The position numbers and the translations under genes are program-made. This document shows, in pieces, positions 24,697 through 37,094 of a stretch of 64,000 bases of DNA. Within the stretch, counting starts at the first letter, position 1. Each line of letters opens with the position of its first letter. Under the pieces are notes generated by a model that saw only the letters and a list, made by a program, of their open reading frames with translations, was not told where the DNA came from and ran no database searches. The stretch covers positions 86,159,630-86,223,629 of the forward strand of contig NC_086376.1 of assembly GCF_036588685.1 (NCBI RefSeq), written 5' to 3'. The stretch comes from Mytilus trossulus. Taxonomy: Eukaryota.

Positions 24697-26807
24697 ATTG
24701 TAAACCGGGGCGTTTGAGCTCTAAACGTTCGACGTCCTTGTACTGCTTCGTCCTTGTCATTTTGTTACTGTAACACAATACAGATAACAAGTGATCAAAT
24801 GTAAAAATTATGACAAGTAATTACATAATAATTTGCTTTCCAAATATCTTAAACCTTTGAACGTCGATCTTACAATGATTATTGAAACACGTTTTGGCAA
24901 TTGTGTAAGTACTTTTTAATTAAACATGTTTAATATGACACAGTTTGTAATCAGGATGTGCTACTGAAATTGCAATGGAATAAAAAGCATTATTGATTAA
25001 TTATGTAACACAAATAGAAGCTTCCATCGTATCTTGTTAGGTTATTAATGTAAAATCCACAATCGTGTTTAGCCATTAACGTTTGATTGTAAAGTAAAGC
25101 GGTGCCAATTAGATGGATAGAAATAGGTATAGTAAAACAAACGAACAAACTGTCCACGTTAGTTGACTGTGGTGGATAGCTGTCTCATTGGCAATCATAC
25201 CACATCTCCTTATTATTAAATCATAATTAGGAGTTAAATTGACTGATCTTTTCTTGTGAAATGTTTTTTAAGCAAGATGCACTTAAAAGACGTAGGAAGT
25301 GCCGATATTAACTGAAGCAAGATGTACTTTAAAGAAATGAGACGTGCCAATCGTAAAAATCAAAATTACGTAATGAGAAAAAGAAACTTAATTAATTTCT
25401 TATGAAAGCAAGTGAAAGAATGTTGGTGTATCGCGCATTTTAAGAGTTACTGTACATTAAGATCATTTGTAGATAAGCTTATTTTACAATTGAAGAAGCT
25501 TGTCATTTTTGTTAGAAATTAGACGAAAGACCACCTGCAAGCTATTTCGGAAACAGTTTACGTTAACTGCAGTTACAAAATTTTGAATAACTTTTTTTTT
25601 GTTTCTTCAAAATATATAAACATTTCTTCCTTGTTACCATAACTTAGATATGCGAACAGATATTTAAAACAACTACACCACAGAATATTCTCAATCAATA
25701 TCAAGATATTTAATTGATTTTCTTTTTTAATTAATGTGTTTTTAGTTTTTTCCTTGTTTTTGGTATTCGTCATTGAAGATGCATTTAATTTTCAAATATG
25801 AAATGTTCTTCACAAATCAACACTGCAGCGGTTTTTTGTTTCTGTCTGTTTAAGATTTCCAAAATCTTGAAATTAAAGCAAAAATAATGTGATATAACCA
25901 GTAACAGTTTACCAGTAACAGTTTTACCATAACAATAGCAATCCAATTTGATTTTTTTCTGTAGATAGGTAGCAGAATAGCAAAACCAAAAATTATTGAC
26001 ATTAAAAAAAACTCTGACGAAAATAGTGAAAATGTAATAATTTTTCACGCCTTTTGTTGTTTATACAATGTATAGAATACCTTCAAAAACAAGTTGGTCT
26101 ATACGAAGTTGACTTTTACATTTTTGTTATTTCTGTTTTTTTTTTATCATATTCTATTATCTTGATAACGGTAAGCGATTTATATAATCGTTATGCATCA
26201 TTGCCAGCATTGATTTTGAATCATACCTTTTAATATATCATGTATCTGTATTTTTTTCAGAGTGTGGTAGAAAAAAATTACCAATTAGACGTTTCTAAAT
26301 AAAAATAATGCTACTTAAATACAATGTTCATCCCGACAGTTTACACTTTTCTGGAATAAATCTGGATAAGCTTCGTCTTTTGATAAGTATTGAGTTGATC
26401 TGCAATTCAGTGCCAACCATAGATAGTAAGTTAAATTCTCTATTCCATAAAGATTACCGGACTCATAGAAAGTACATGAATGTCCAAAACTTTTGTGACA
26501 AAAGAATACATTTGGATATCATTGATATTCTGTTCGTGCTGTATGGTTACATAGAATTCAGTTAATAATCTGGAAATTCCTTGCGATAGAGTTCACAACG
26601 ATGGCATTGGATAAATTCTAAGACAGCATTTATTTCTAAATTTGAATGAAAGGAAGTCGCTAATCTATTTCTATAACATAAAGTATAGCAGGAAAGGCTA
26701 CGTCACAAAATACGACGCGTACACACGAACTAAAACTAAAACAAATCAGTATTATATTCAATTGTTAATTTCTATCGTTCTTCAACAAATATTTTTATAG
26801 AGTGGGG

Positions 26808-27393
26808 TGCTCATTTTCGCCATATCTTTCCATGTTTTCTTCAGTTTATGTTCAGGCCTTTATGTTTTTGAAGTGTTCTGATATTTCTATATGAAGATAA
26901 CTTCAAATGCAAATTATTCTTAGCTTGAAAACGTGTTTGTTTTGAGAAAAATCATCTGACAAGTGTGATTAAAGGGTGTTTGAAATTTCCTGATTTTTTT
27001 GTCAACGGGGGACACATATTCGCCGTTTTTGCATATCTATTTTAAACCAAATAACTGCAGCTTTAAACAATATTTATCAAATAAATTTCATTATAGATGA
27101 ATAGCAGACATTTGAAAGGTGTAAAAAAGTAAAATTTTGGGCAATCATTCAAAAAAATAAATATGAAATACTTCTTTGAATTTTTTTTTCATTCAGAAAA
27201 TTGGCAGAAAATCGTTGTCCTTTTTTCGGTCCTTTGCGGTTAGTGCCGAAATTTTGTCTCATTTTCAAAAATAACCATATTTGTTATAAAAATATAATTT
27301 ACCGGCATATTTCTTCCATTTCAACCATCCTTTGGAGTTTTTACACCTCAAAATCATAAAACGGCGAAATTGTGTCCACGGCGAATATGAGCA
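26808..27393. mobile_element. MITE-like element with its right end overlapped by the Penelope fragment
   Basis: TGCTCATTTTCGCC ... GGCGAATATGAGCA inverted termini, plus an internal inverted pair ggacacatattcgccgtttt / aaaacggcgaaattgtgtcc. Confidence 0.55.
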
Positions 27394-27700
27394 TTTTTGC
27401 GCCTGTCCCAAGTCAGGAGCCTCTGGCCTTTGTTAGTCTTGTATTATTTTAATTTTAGTTTCTTGTGTACAATTTGGAAATTAGTATGGCGTTCATTATC
27501 ACTGAACTAGTATATATTTGTTTAGGGGCCAGCTGAAGGACGCCTCCGGGTGCGGGAATTTCTCGCTACATTGAAGACCTGTTGGTGACCTTCTGCTGTT
27601 GTGTTTTTTTGTTGTTTTTTTGTTGTTTTTTTTTGTTTTTTTTTTATTTTGGTCGGGTTGTTGTCTCTTTGACACATTCCCCATTTCCATTCTCAATTTT
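27391..27700 (+). mobile_element. Young 3' fragment of the Penelope-like element
   Basis: Matches 7801-8075 except for one substitution and a ~35 nt T-rich expansion. Confidence 0.88.
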
Positions 27701-29812
27701 CTGATGTAGTGGAAACATCTGGAGCAAAATTATGATTTAACATAAATTATCCTAATGAAGAAATGTGGATTTTTTTTTAAATTAAAAAAAATCCGATGCA
27801 GTCTTGGTTTTAAAAAACATCAATACATTAGTAATATATATTTTGTAAACGGTCATACTGAGTAAAATGTCAGGACACTTCTATAGTTAAGAAATATCAT
27901 CTCGAGTTAAATATGTATCTTATCTCCAATGAATGGACTTGGTGCGATTAGCACGCTATTGGAAAATATATTCTTTTATTATTCAGGTCTCTGTATTTTT
28001 TAAAAGCATGGATATAGTATTGATGCATAGAACATAACACTTATTTACTAACGAAAGCAAAGGCAAACAAAACATGGGATTCCGCGTAACCCTGCATGAT
28101 TGAATAGTCGGGTGACTTTGATGGAGACGCACCATTCTTAGATTCTTTTTCAGGAACGACTTACCGTATTTGAAGGGTCTAATACACTGACGTTCTTTTT
28201 TTAATATGGAATGGCAGATTTGAATTATTTTTTTATTTTTGTTTGAAATATAAAAAGTGTCATTAGTGTTGTTTTATTAAAGCAATTTGTACAATAACAC
28301 GAAAACAACACTTTATAAATTTAATATAATACGCTATAACAATAAAAGTGGTAACCTTGCTTTTTTTATCGAACATTTGTTAACTGTTTAAGGAAGACAA
28401 TATTTTCCGATTGTATTTCAAAAACAATTGCGATAGCCAATTTCAAGCTGAGGATTCTATTAAACTGTACTTCCCACGTATGTCTATAAGAGTTACGAGT
28501 TCATTTCACTATATATTCTATTATTACATCATCATATGTTTCGTCAAACATCTAGTTTCTAGTTCTGTTGTGAGGTGATAGTCAATCTAAATACAATACC
28601 AAAAACCATATATAATTGCCAAAAAGATGACATACATACGGAATTGTGGGTCGTACTCTCCATGTTGTGTATACGAACATTCACACGGAACGGAGGTGTC
28701 GCACTGTGAAAAATATTTCAAGAAAATGAGATCTAGGCTCCAATTTTTTCTCTAATTATTTGCAGATCACCATTAAACTTTCTTTCAAAGTTTGCGTTAA
28801 TGTGTTTTTAAATAACAAGGGGGAAAGGTTATGTATGGTTTTTCATTAAATTAACTTTGCGCTATTGTAAATTATGTTCGAGAGAAGTTCATTAAATGCT
28901 ATTAAATTATAGGAAATTACGAAAACACGATCACGTTCTCACACCATTAATCAAAATGAGCATTACAACATGTTAATGACTTAAGAGTTGAATGATCTTT
29001 CTTGAAAATTGGAAATTTTAACGGTCTGAAAAACAAATTAGCAATCAATGAATTACAGTTCAGATTCTATGATGTTCAACTTATTATTCAATTTGATCAA
29101 ATTTTAACAGCAAACTTCATATCTTATATATAATAAAGGCGTAAGATACCAAAGAAAAATTCAAACTCAAGTCGAAAATAAAACTGATCACGCCAAAGAT
29201 AAAAAAAAAATGGAAAATACAAACAAAAACAACTGAGGACAGTAAAGACCGTGAAACACAAAACCCAACAAAAACTGGTGTGTGATCTACGACGCTCCGG
29301 AAAAGTAAGCAGACCCTTATCCACATTTGACACCCGTCGTGTTTCTCATGTTAGTACAGACCCGTAGATAATTTCTGACATAATTCATTGAATCTGGTGT
29401 ATAATGAAGTGTGTCCTGTATAAATGACCATTGGTTTGAAGATGTATCGATACTAGTCGTTAGATAGATTATCTTATTCCATTTTATCTACAGACTTTGA
29501 GTGAACATTACGAAACACCCCAGTATATAAAATTAAGAGATATGGTATGGTTTCTTATGGGACAACTGTCTACTAGAGACCAAATGTGAAAATAAATTGA
29601 AAGTAAAATATATACTGCAAGTCTTATATAAACGTGTAGTTAATTTCACGGATAATCACATGTCATAGGTTCTACAAAAAAAAAAAGAGAACAATACAAA
29701 CTTTAGGAACTTAACGCTTAGTTTTCTTTCTGAGTTATTTTGATAAATGATATAGCCATCTTTAAACCTATTAATATTGAATAATACTTTTTATACATTA
29801 TTTTCTTTTCAG

Positions 29813-30910
29813 ATGGTAAATTACTCAGAAGCCATGAATTTATCTGACATTCAATTTTTTAACACAATAAACTTTTCACTGGAACAGTACCTGCAGGTAA
29901 CAGCAGATCTCCAGTCAGAGTCCTGGTTTGAAGACACAACACAAGGGATATTCATTATGATATTCAGTCTATTAGTGGTCGTTGGATTTACCGGAAATTT
30001 ATTAATGTGTTGCGTGATCATACGGAAACACGTCAAGTCTCGACAGAACTTGTTCATTTTAAATTTAGCCGTTTCCGATATTTTTACATGCGTTTTTAGT
30101 ATTCCATTTACAGCAGTTAGACTTTTAACGAAAAACTGGCCTTTAGGGGACATTATGTGTAAACTTGTTCCGACACTTCAGGCTGTGTATGTATTCGTAT
30201 CAACATTTACAGTTTTAGGAATTGCAATTGACAGATATTATGCCATCGTCCAGTGCACAAGTAGGTCGTCCAAAAAGTCTAACTTGATTTATGCTTTTCC
30301 TACTCTGTGGATGATATCCTTTGCCTTAGCTCTGCCAATGTTTATTTCCCATGGCGTGGAAACAGTAGAAGTCATTCCAGATCATCAAATTCATTTACAT
30401 TTTTGTATGGAGAATTGGAGGTCACAATCATTTAGACAGTTTTATGCTGTTTTGATATTAATAATACAGTTTGGGTTGCCTTTAATAGTTGTTGGAGGTC
30501 TTCATATTCTTATTTGTAAATTTATGTGTTTGAGACTTAGACTGCAACCAGCTTGTTTTAGCAACAGTCAACGAAAACAACCAAGAAGTGTGATGCGTCA
30601 CAGAAAAAATGTTATTCTTTTAACTGCAGCCTCTTTGTCATTTGTTGTCACGTGGTTGCCATGGGCTATTATAAACCTACTGGCAGACGTGAATTATAAG
30701 ATTTTTGAAGGAGTTGATTTTCTATTATTACATACAATTACGCATGCATTTGCAATGCTGTCAGTATGTATAAACCCTTTAGTTTATGGTTGGTTTAACA
30801 CGGCCATTAGGCGTGGCATCGAGATAATGATATTCCAGAAGAACTATGGCCTTGAACAATCGACAAGATTTACAACAGTCGGAACAGACAGAAAATCATC
30901 AAAAGTATGA
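29813..30910 (+). CDS. Class A (rhodopsin-like) neuropeptide GPCR, NPY/NPF-receptor-like, 365 aa, intronless CDS
   Basis: Seven hydrophobic segments. Motifs: GN (TM1), NLAVSD (TM2), WPLG..MC (ECL1/TM3), DRY, W4.50, C-x-E-x-W (ECL2), FGLP (TM5), TWLP (TM6), NPLVYGWFN (TM7). NPY/RFamide pocket residues Q3.32, N6.55, D6.59 and H7.39 are present. The ATG at 29813 directly follows a polypyrimidine/AG acceptor (ttttcttttcag), so the TTG start at 29777 is intronic. Confidence 0.93.
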   Translation: MVNYSEAMNLSDIQFFNTINFSLEQYLQVTADLQSESWFEDTTQGIFIMIFSLLVVVGFTGNLLMCCVIIRKHVKSRQNLFILNLAVSDIFTCVFSIPFTAVRLLTKNWPLGDIMCKLVPTLQAVYVFVSTFTVLGIAIDRYYAIVQCTSRSSKKSNLIYAFPTLWMISFALALPMFISHGVETVEVIPDHQIHLHFCMENWRSQSFRQFYAVLILIIQFGLPLIVVGGLHILICKFMCLRLRLQPACFSNSQRKQPRSVMRHRKNVILLTAASLSFVVTWLPWAIINLLADVNYKIFEGVDFLLLHTITHAFAMLSVCINPLVYGWFNTAIRRGIEIMIFQKNYGLEQSTRFTTVGTDRKSSKV

Positions 30911-30923
30911 TATGATGTGTTCA

Positions 30924-30929
30924 AATAAA
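30924..30929 (+). promoter_or_regulatory. Candidate polyadenylation signal of the GPCR
   Basis: AATAAA 13 nt after the stop codon, followed by a GT-rich tract (cttggttgtttt). The background is AT-rich, so specificity is low. Confidence 0.35.
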
Positions 30930-31907
30930 ATGTCTTAAAACTTCCTCTTGGTTGTTTTACAATGATACAGAACATTGCAATCATAGTAATATCATTTAAA
31001 TCAAAATGATTTTTATATTCGACAGTTTATTTTCAAGTAAAAAGATAAGATAATGTTTCCATTAGCAGGTCTCTATTACCATTCCAACCCTGCTTAAATG
31101 CTACAAATAAGTTGTATATAAAGCATTTAATAAGAATAATGAAAGAAATATAAAATCAATTAATTCAATTTAGAACATTTTGTTCCATTTAAATGAAGGG
31201 TTTTGCGGAGAATGAATTCCTTCTATATTTTTTTTTTAAAGATATGTTGAAATTAACAAACAAAAGTATTGCAACTTCAATATTATACACACAGCACTTC
31301 GATTTCTGTAGAGTGGTCCATCAATGTAACACAATAGCTATTATATGACATACCACATCTTAATGGTTTTCTATTGACGAAGACTGTATATTGCCCGCTA
31401 GATGACATTTGGTTATCTGTGTTCAACTTGTCTTCTTTCATTCATAAAGACGATTAATTGAGATATCAATTCAACAAAACAAAAAGCTCGGAAAGTCATT
31501 GATAGAAATGATAAATGATACAAATGATCAGTAAGTAACTAAACAAACGAGACTTAAAAATGATGGAAATACATCTACATCTGGTAGCGTATATGAACTT
31601 TACTGATAAAAGTTTAACATACGGATGAATGTGAGGGATATTAATGTTTGCTGCCGGAAATAAAACAAACATTTTGCATTTCCAGGTGACTGCTTACTAT
31701 TAACATTTCAAACAAAAAATATATAACTTTGTGTGTTGTTCAGTTTGTTACAGAATCAGAACATGTTTAGATCGGACATGCACAAGAACAGCTCTAATGA
31801 TTCCAATACTTAAAAGAGAGTTCCCGTTACTTCATCAACAACGGATTAATCAAACCAGATCATAAAATGAATATATCAATTTTGAACATATTGAATCTGC
31901 TGGTATA

Positions 31908-32036
31908 AAATAAACTCATGATAGATACCAGGACTAAATTTAGTATATACCCCAGACGCGCATTGCGTCTACAAAAGACTCATCAGAGACGCTCGAAACC
32001 AAAAAAAGTTAAAAAGGCCAAAAAAAGTATGAAGTT
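31908..32036 (-). mobile_element. Hammerhead repeat copy (subfamily with aaactcatc end), GAAA changed to GCAA
   Basis: Minus strand gcgtct CTGATGA gtct tttgt agac GCAA tgcgcg TC. Related degenerate copies at 34318-34445 and 58168-58396. Confidence 0.72.
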
Positions 32037-33654
32037 TCAGATGTATATAGCAATAACATATGAAAAATATTTGTTATGCAATTAATAGTATATACATTAA
32101 TTACAAATGCATGGGATATGAAAGTACATGTCTGTTACCTCATTTAATTTATAAAATAGACTCTACAATACCATTACTGTAATATAATAAATTCAAAACC
32201 AAGTTTGATGGCATACGATACAGTCAGAAACAAAAGGATACTCCAGATTGTCCATTTTACTGAGCTTGGGTTCCTGAAGACAGTTATTGTAGGGTTGCTG
32301 TTTACAGGAAATCAAGTGAATACATTATTCTTAATGGTCAAGTTGGAGTATCATTTCGTATGCCATTTAGATTTGGTTTGGAGTGTATTATGTTGCAGCT
32401 GAAGAAATGGTAATTGAAAGTGAAAAAGCTGAAATAGCAATTTTGTAACCCCGTGGATATCCTCATATCAGCCCAGTGGTCAACCACTTTGTTTTAGTAT
32501 GACAAATGGTTCATATTTAATTTTCTGTCATTAAAATTCAACTGTTTACCAATTTATGTTACCACTGTCCCCCGCCAAGCAGCTATAGAGGGTCGTATAC
32601 AGATTTCGTACATTTTTATTTGGAATTTAGTATTTTCTTCATTGATTTGGTTTTCAAACTGTCTTTATTTTGGTGTAGCTAGTAAGTTTGAGTTAAACGG
32701 AAGTCTGATTTTCGAAATTATGAGGCTGTTATTTTGGTGAGATGTTGTATGTATTTTTCAAAGATGCTCAGTCAAATATTTATAGATAGCTTATAAAATA
32801 CACTTCTTTTTTTCTCTTTCTCTTTTCAATAAAATTCGGTAAAACTTATATTTGGCAATGTATTATATCGTGTTCCTCATGGGAACTCTCGTGCTGTTGC
32901 TATATGATCAATACCCAGGAGATGCATAAGATGGTAGAAGGCATACCAAAAATATCAGGTCAATCACTTTGATCCTGCTTCTCATATTCTTTGAGATGAT
33001 GCATTAACGTTGTTATGCGTTTTCCAGTTGGTTCTTGTCGATAACACCAGAGTAAGGTGATCGTTCTTAACAAACTAAATATAGAAAACATTGGTATACC
33101 GGTGTTCAAAATTCGTAAATCGATTGAGAGAAAAAAAGTCTGGATAACAAAATAAAACCAAGAGAAGTACATTACCTATTAGAGGATAACAAAGGAGTAA
33201 CAAGAACACTGAACTGCTATAAAATCCAACGCAAACATACATAGAAACGAACCATTTGATAGCAACTGCCTTATTCCTGACTTGGTATAACACATTTTAA
33301 GAAATACATATTGGGTTAAATATTGTTCTAATATGACGTCCTTATTACGCTTTGTAAACAAAGCCGTGTTCTAATGAGCATAAACATATGTTTGACACAT
33401 GTGCACAAACTTACTGTGTATATTAACGTTATTTCCGTCGTTATCCTTTAATTGTATACATTTAAGCAGCTATAAACTTTTATTATATATTTTTGAAAAC
33501 AACATATTTTTACCCTGCTCGTAGTTTTTAAACTTATCAAATTTGAAATGTAATGCACAGACTCATCGGGGAGGGAATGGGAAAAGCCAAACATTTTTAC
33601 GGTATTTTCGTACGCTTCGGCCTGTAAAAATACTGTTTTTGTCCTATTAGAATC

Positions 33655-33816
33655 GAAATAATTCCTTCGTGTCATGCTCTATGCTCATTTTAACATGGGT
33701 ATGCATTATATTTTACCACATTTTACACCTCGCTAACGCTCAGTGTAAAATATCGACAAATATAATGCCTACCCATGTTAAAATGAGCATAGAGCATGGC
33801 ACGAAGGAAGTATTTC
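33655..33816. repeat. ~160-bp imperfect palindrome
   Basis: ttccttcgtgtcatgctctatgctcattttaacatgggta / tacccatgttaaaatgagcatagagcatggcacgaaggaa; centre cgctaacgc. Confidence 0.85.
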
Positions 33817-36135
33817 TTAAATAAACCATCTAAACCTCCCGCTTATATGACAATGTTTTAAAATATTGCTAAAAAGAAAACAAGACGTTAAAGAAATACA
33901 GCACAAACACACACTAGAACACTCATCACAGAGAAATGCACAAACATGTAAGATATTAGTTGACACAACATGCAAACACATTACAACAACAACATCTTCC
34001 ATCAACTACAGACATGTTCTCCCATGTACATTTGGTTTCTATACTTATCGAGATTAACAGTGGAATGAAAACGAGTTAAATAAAATATGCTTACTTAATG
34101 TACATGTGTCTTTCCCATTACAGGAAGCTCGATGTGGGTTGCCATTCTTTCTCCAATTAACCATACATAATCTGCAGTGTACATTGAAGTCTGTGTTTAA
34201 ACGTTTTACCAAATATAACTAAATGAAAGACTGCTTTTGAAGCTGTGATGAATATCATCTAGTCAGTTACCTCAAACGCATGGTAAATCTATTTTATCAA
34301 AATATATTAACAACTAAATAAACTCATCATAAACGCCTGGACTCAAATACGCGCATTTGTTGTACAGAAGACTTATCATGGACTCTCTAATAAAAACAGT
34401 TCAAACGCAAAATAAAGTACAAAAGTGAAGAGCTTCGAGGATCTGAATGATTTTACAAGATAATGCAAACTTTTTCTAGGGGTGAAAATCAAGTACAAGG
34501 TAGAAGAATGATATGGTATCCAGACAAATTGAAATTGTTCTATTGAGTACAATTTTTGCGACTGTCATTATGAATATAGCACACTTTCTATGTGTAAAAA
34601 TATTAGTATTCAAATACAATTTCGTTCAAATGCTAATAATGGGTTTTAGGCTTTGGTCAGATACAATCAATTTAAACTAGGACATTAGTAGAAATGACAA
34701 TTAAATCAAATACATAACACTTTATAAGATCGAAGCTTAAGTATGCGACGTTTCATCATTTATTCAATACTGGTATCTTATCACTCGTGCTGTTTTCATG
34801 TTCGCTTAATCATACTAACTCATATTACAAAATACAAGATCAAAACTTGTTTCATTAAACTGAGCATTTGATAGAGAGAAAGATAATTATATGATAGCAT
34901 GGACATTCGACAAAACAGCACCCCTCTGTGATTATGATTTTTATACATATTGTATGTCAAAACTAATTCAAAACGGAATATTTCAAATTTTCTTGTGATT
35001 AAATTATTCTGATAGACATTAACAGTATTCGAATTTCACTCAGTGTCATCATTGATTAAGAACAAATTCTACATAACACATATAGGAGTTCTACCTATAA
35101 TTTATACACCCACTATGGAATTGTCTAGTGATGGATTGGCACTTTCATTTATTTGATAAATTAAACTGCAGACCGATGAGATTTCTGGAATAACACAACT
35201 AGAATGAATTGATTAAAATTGAAATTCGTCCTAACCAGATGTATGTAGGCATGTTACATCAAACAGATACAATACGTTCACAGTACAAAACGCCAATCAT
35301 ACTTATTTAAATTTTATGCTGGAAAATATAGGAAAAATTATATTATCTGTCATAAAAGTGGGAGGTTTTAATTAGCTATAAAAGCAGGTTTAACACACCA
35401 TGTTTTGTTAAACGCAAGCAACACGCCTGTACCATAACAGGGATATAGTAGTTGTTTTCTTTTCAGTTTGATGCTTGATTTAGTATAAAGTTTGATTTTA
35501 TAAGTTTTTATGGGTTTTGCTCTTTTTGAAACTACTTTGGAGCTCAGTATTTGTTTTTTATTTAGATATATACTTACCCTTTCCCGACTAAAAGAAGAAT
35601 CACAAGACGACCAGTTACTGGTTTTATAACTTAAGTCTCTGATATCAGTATATGAAAATTGTATAATTGGTCAGAAGCTTACACTCTGTTTGTTTTTAAA
35701 TAAAAAGGAAATGTGTGGAGACTTTGTAAACAGTTATGGTAAGATGCGAATGACAAACTTCATTTTCTGATATTATTTGCTTTTTAATTATCATGAGTAT
35801 GCCAGGTTATTCCTATACTTTCAGGAAACTAATACCGCTATTTTAAAACTATATTCTTGAAAAGTGAGAGCAAAACAGGTAGCATATTATTACTTTTCTC
35901 AAAAACTTTCCATTGCCCTTAATGCAATTTATAAGGTCAATATATTAACAATCATTTCAATCAAAAATACTCTAGTCCTTTAATAAAAAAATTTCAATAG
36001 TCTCTCATTCCTGCATAAAATCTATTTCGACTTAAATTTGAACGATGAACTTGTGATGTTGACGACAAATTTCACTTGTGTTTTTTTCATTTTGATTTTT
36101 TAATCCGACTGGTCAAGTTATTACTTGTTATTATA

Positions 36136-36352
36136 CCGTATAGAGGGTTATTTTCGCGGGTGTAAAATTTCGCGATTTTCATTGAACAAGGTATACGAAA
36201 TATTTAGGCGGTTATTATTTTGGCGGATTACAAACTTTTATTAATACCTTTGTATGTACACCTTTAATTTGGCGGAATTTATTTTGGCGATTTAGTTCTG
36301 TCCGCGAAAATAAGCGAAAATTTGCACCCCGCGAAAATAACCCGCTATACGG
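36136..36352. mobile_element. 217-bp MITE with TA TSD (Tc1/mariner-type)
   Basis: TA|CCGTATAGAGGGTTATTTTCGCGGG ... CCCGCGAAAATAACCCGCTATACGG|TA. Confidence 0.85.
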
Positions 36353-36608
36353 TAGTTATCAAAGGTACCAGGATTATAATTTAGTATGCCAGACGCGCGT
36401 TTCGTCTACATAAGACTCATCAGTGTCACTTAAATCAAAATATTTTTAAAGCCAAACAAATACAAAGTTGAAGAGCATTGATAAGTTGTGTCTAATATGG
36501 CTAACGTAATATATGCCTGGGATAAGAAAATCCTTAGTTTTTCGAAAAATCCCAGTTTTTATAAACAGGAAATGTTTTAAAATGACCACAGTATAGATAT
36601 TCATGTCA
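36353..36608 (-). mobile_element. Hammerhead-bearing dispersed repeat (retrozyme or pLTR-like monomer)
   Basis: About 250 nt shared with 2661-2909 (+), 5660-5782 (+), 31908-32036 (-), 34318-34445 (-), 40398-40556 (-) and 58168-58396 (-). Confidence 0.8.
36386..36429 (-). ncRNA. Minimal type-I hammerhead ribozyme, intact catalytic core
   Basis: Minus strand reads GUGACA CUGAUGA GUCU uaugu AGAC GAAA CGCGCG UC^ UGGCAU. Both conserved boxes, a 4-bp stem II, a palindromic minimal stem III and a GUC cleavage triplet are present. Stem I has one mismatch. Confidence 0.85.
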
Positions 36609-37094
36609 TTGAATTATTATCGAAGTCATTTTTCTGCGAAATATTTCAATTAAATGGTTTTACACAATGATCATAAATCTAGGCATTGCTATCATAACTT
36701 ATATAATATTCATAAACAAATGATGGATTCAGTTTGATTCAAGGCCGTGCGGTCGCCGTTGATACATATTTAGATGGTAAAAATGTCTATAACCACTCAT
36801 GCTATATCTAACTTCAAAGACCGAAATTTTTCTTAACACCTGTTCTACCGCCAACAACAAAAAGATTATTGTCCTCGCAGGGAAAATCCTGAACAACATC
36901 GTGTTTGTTATTAAATCATATTGCATCAACGGTTTGCTAAATGAATAAGTTATTGGCGATAAACTTGAAACTCAACATATACCACTACATTTACAAAAGA
37001 GATATTACGAACAATCAAAGATTCATTTTGAAATTTTCATCAAAGGTGGAGAACGAAAAAAAGAAGAATTTAATACGGTTTAAGTCTTGCAAAA

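Noticed and set aside
29777-29812. TTG-initiated N-terminal extension of the GPCR ORF
   Set aside because: It is a polypyrimidine tract ending in AG directly before the ATG, so it is intron sequence.
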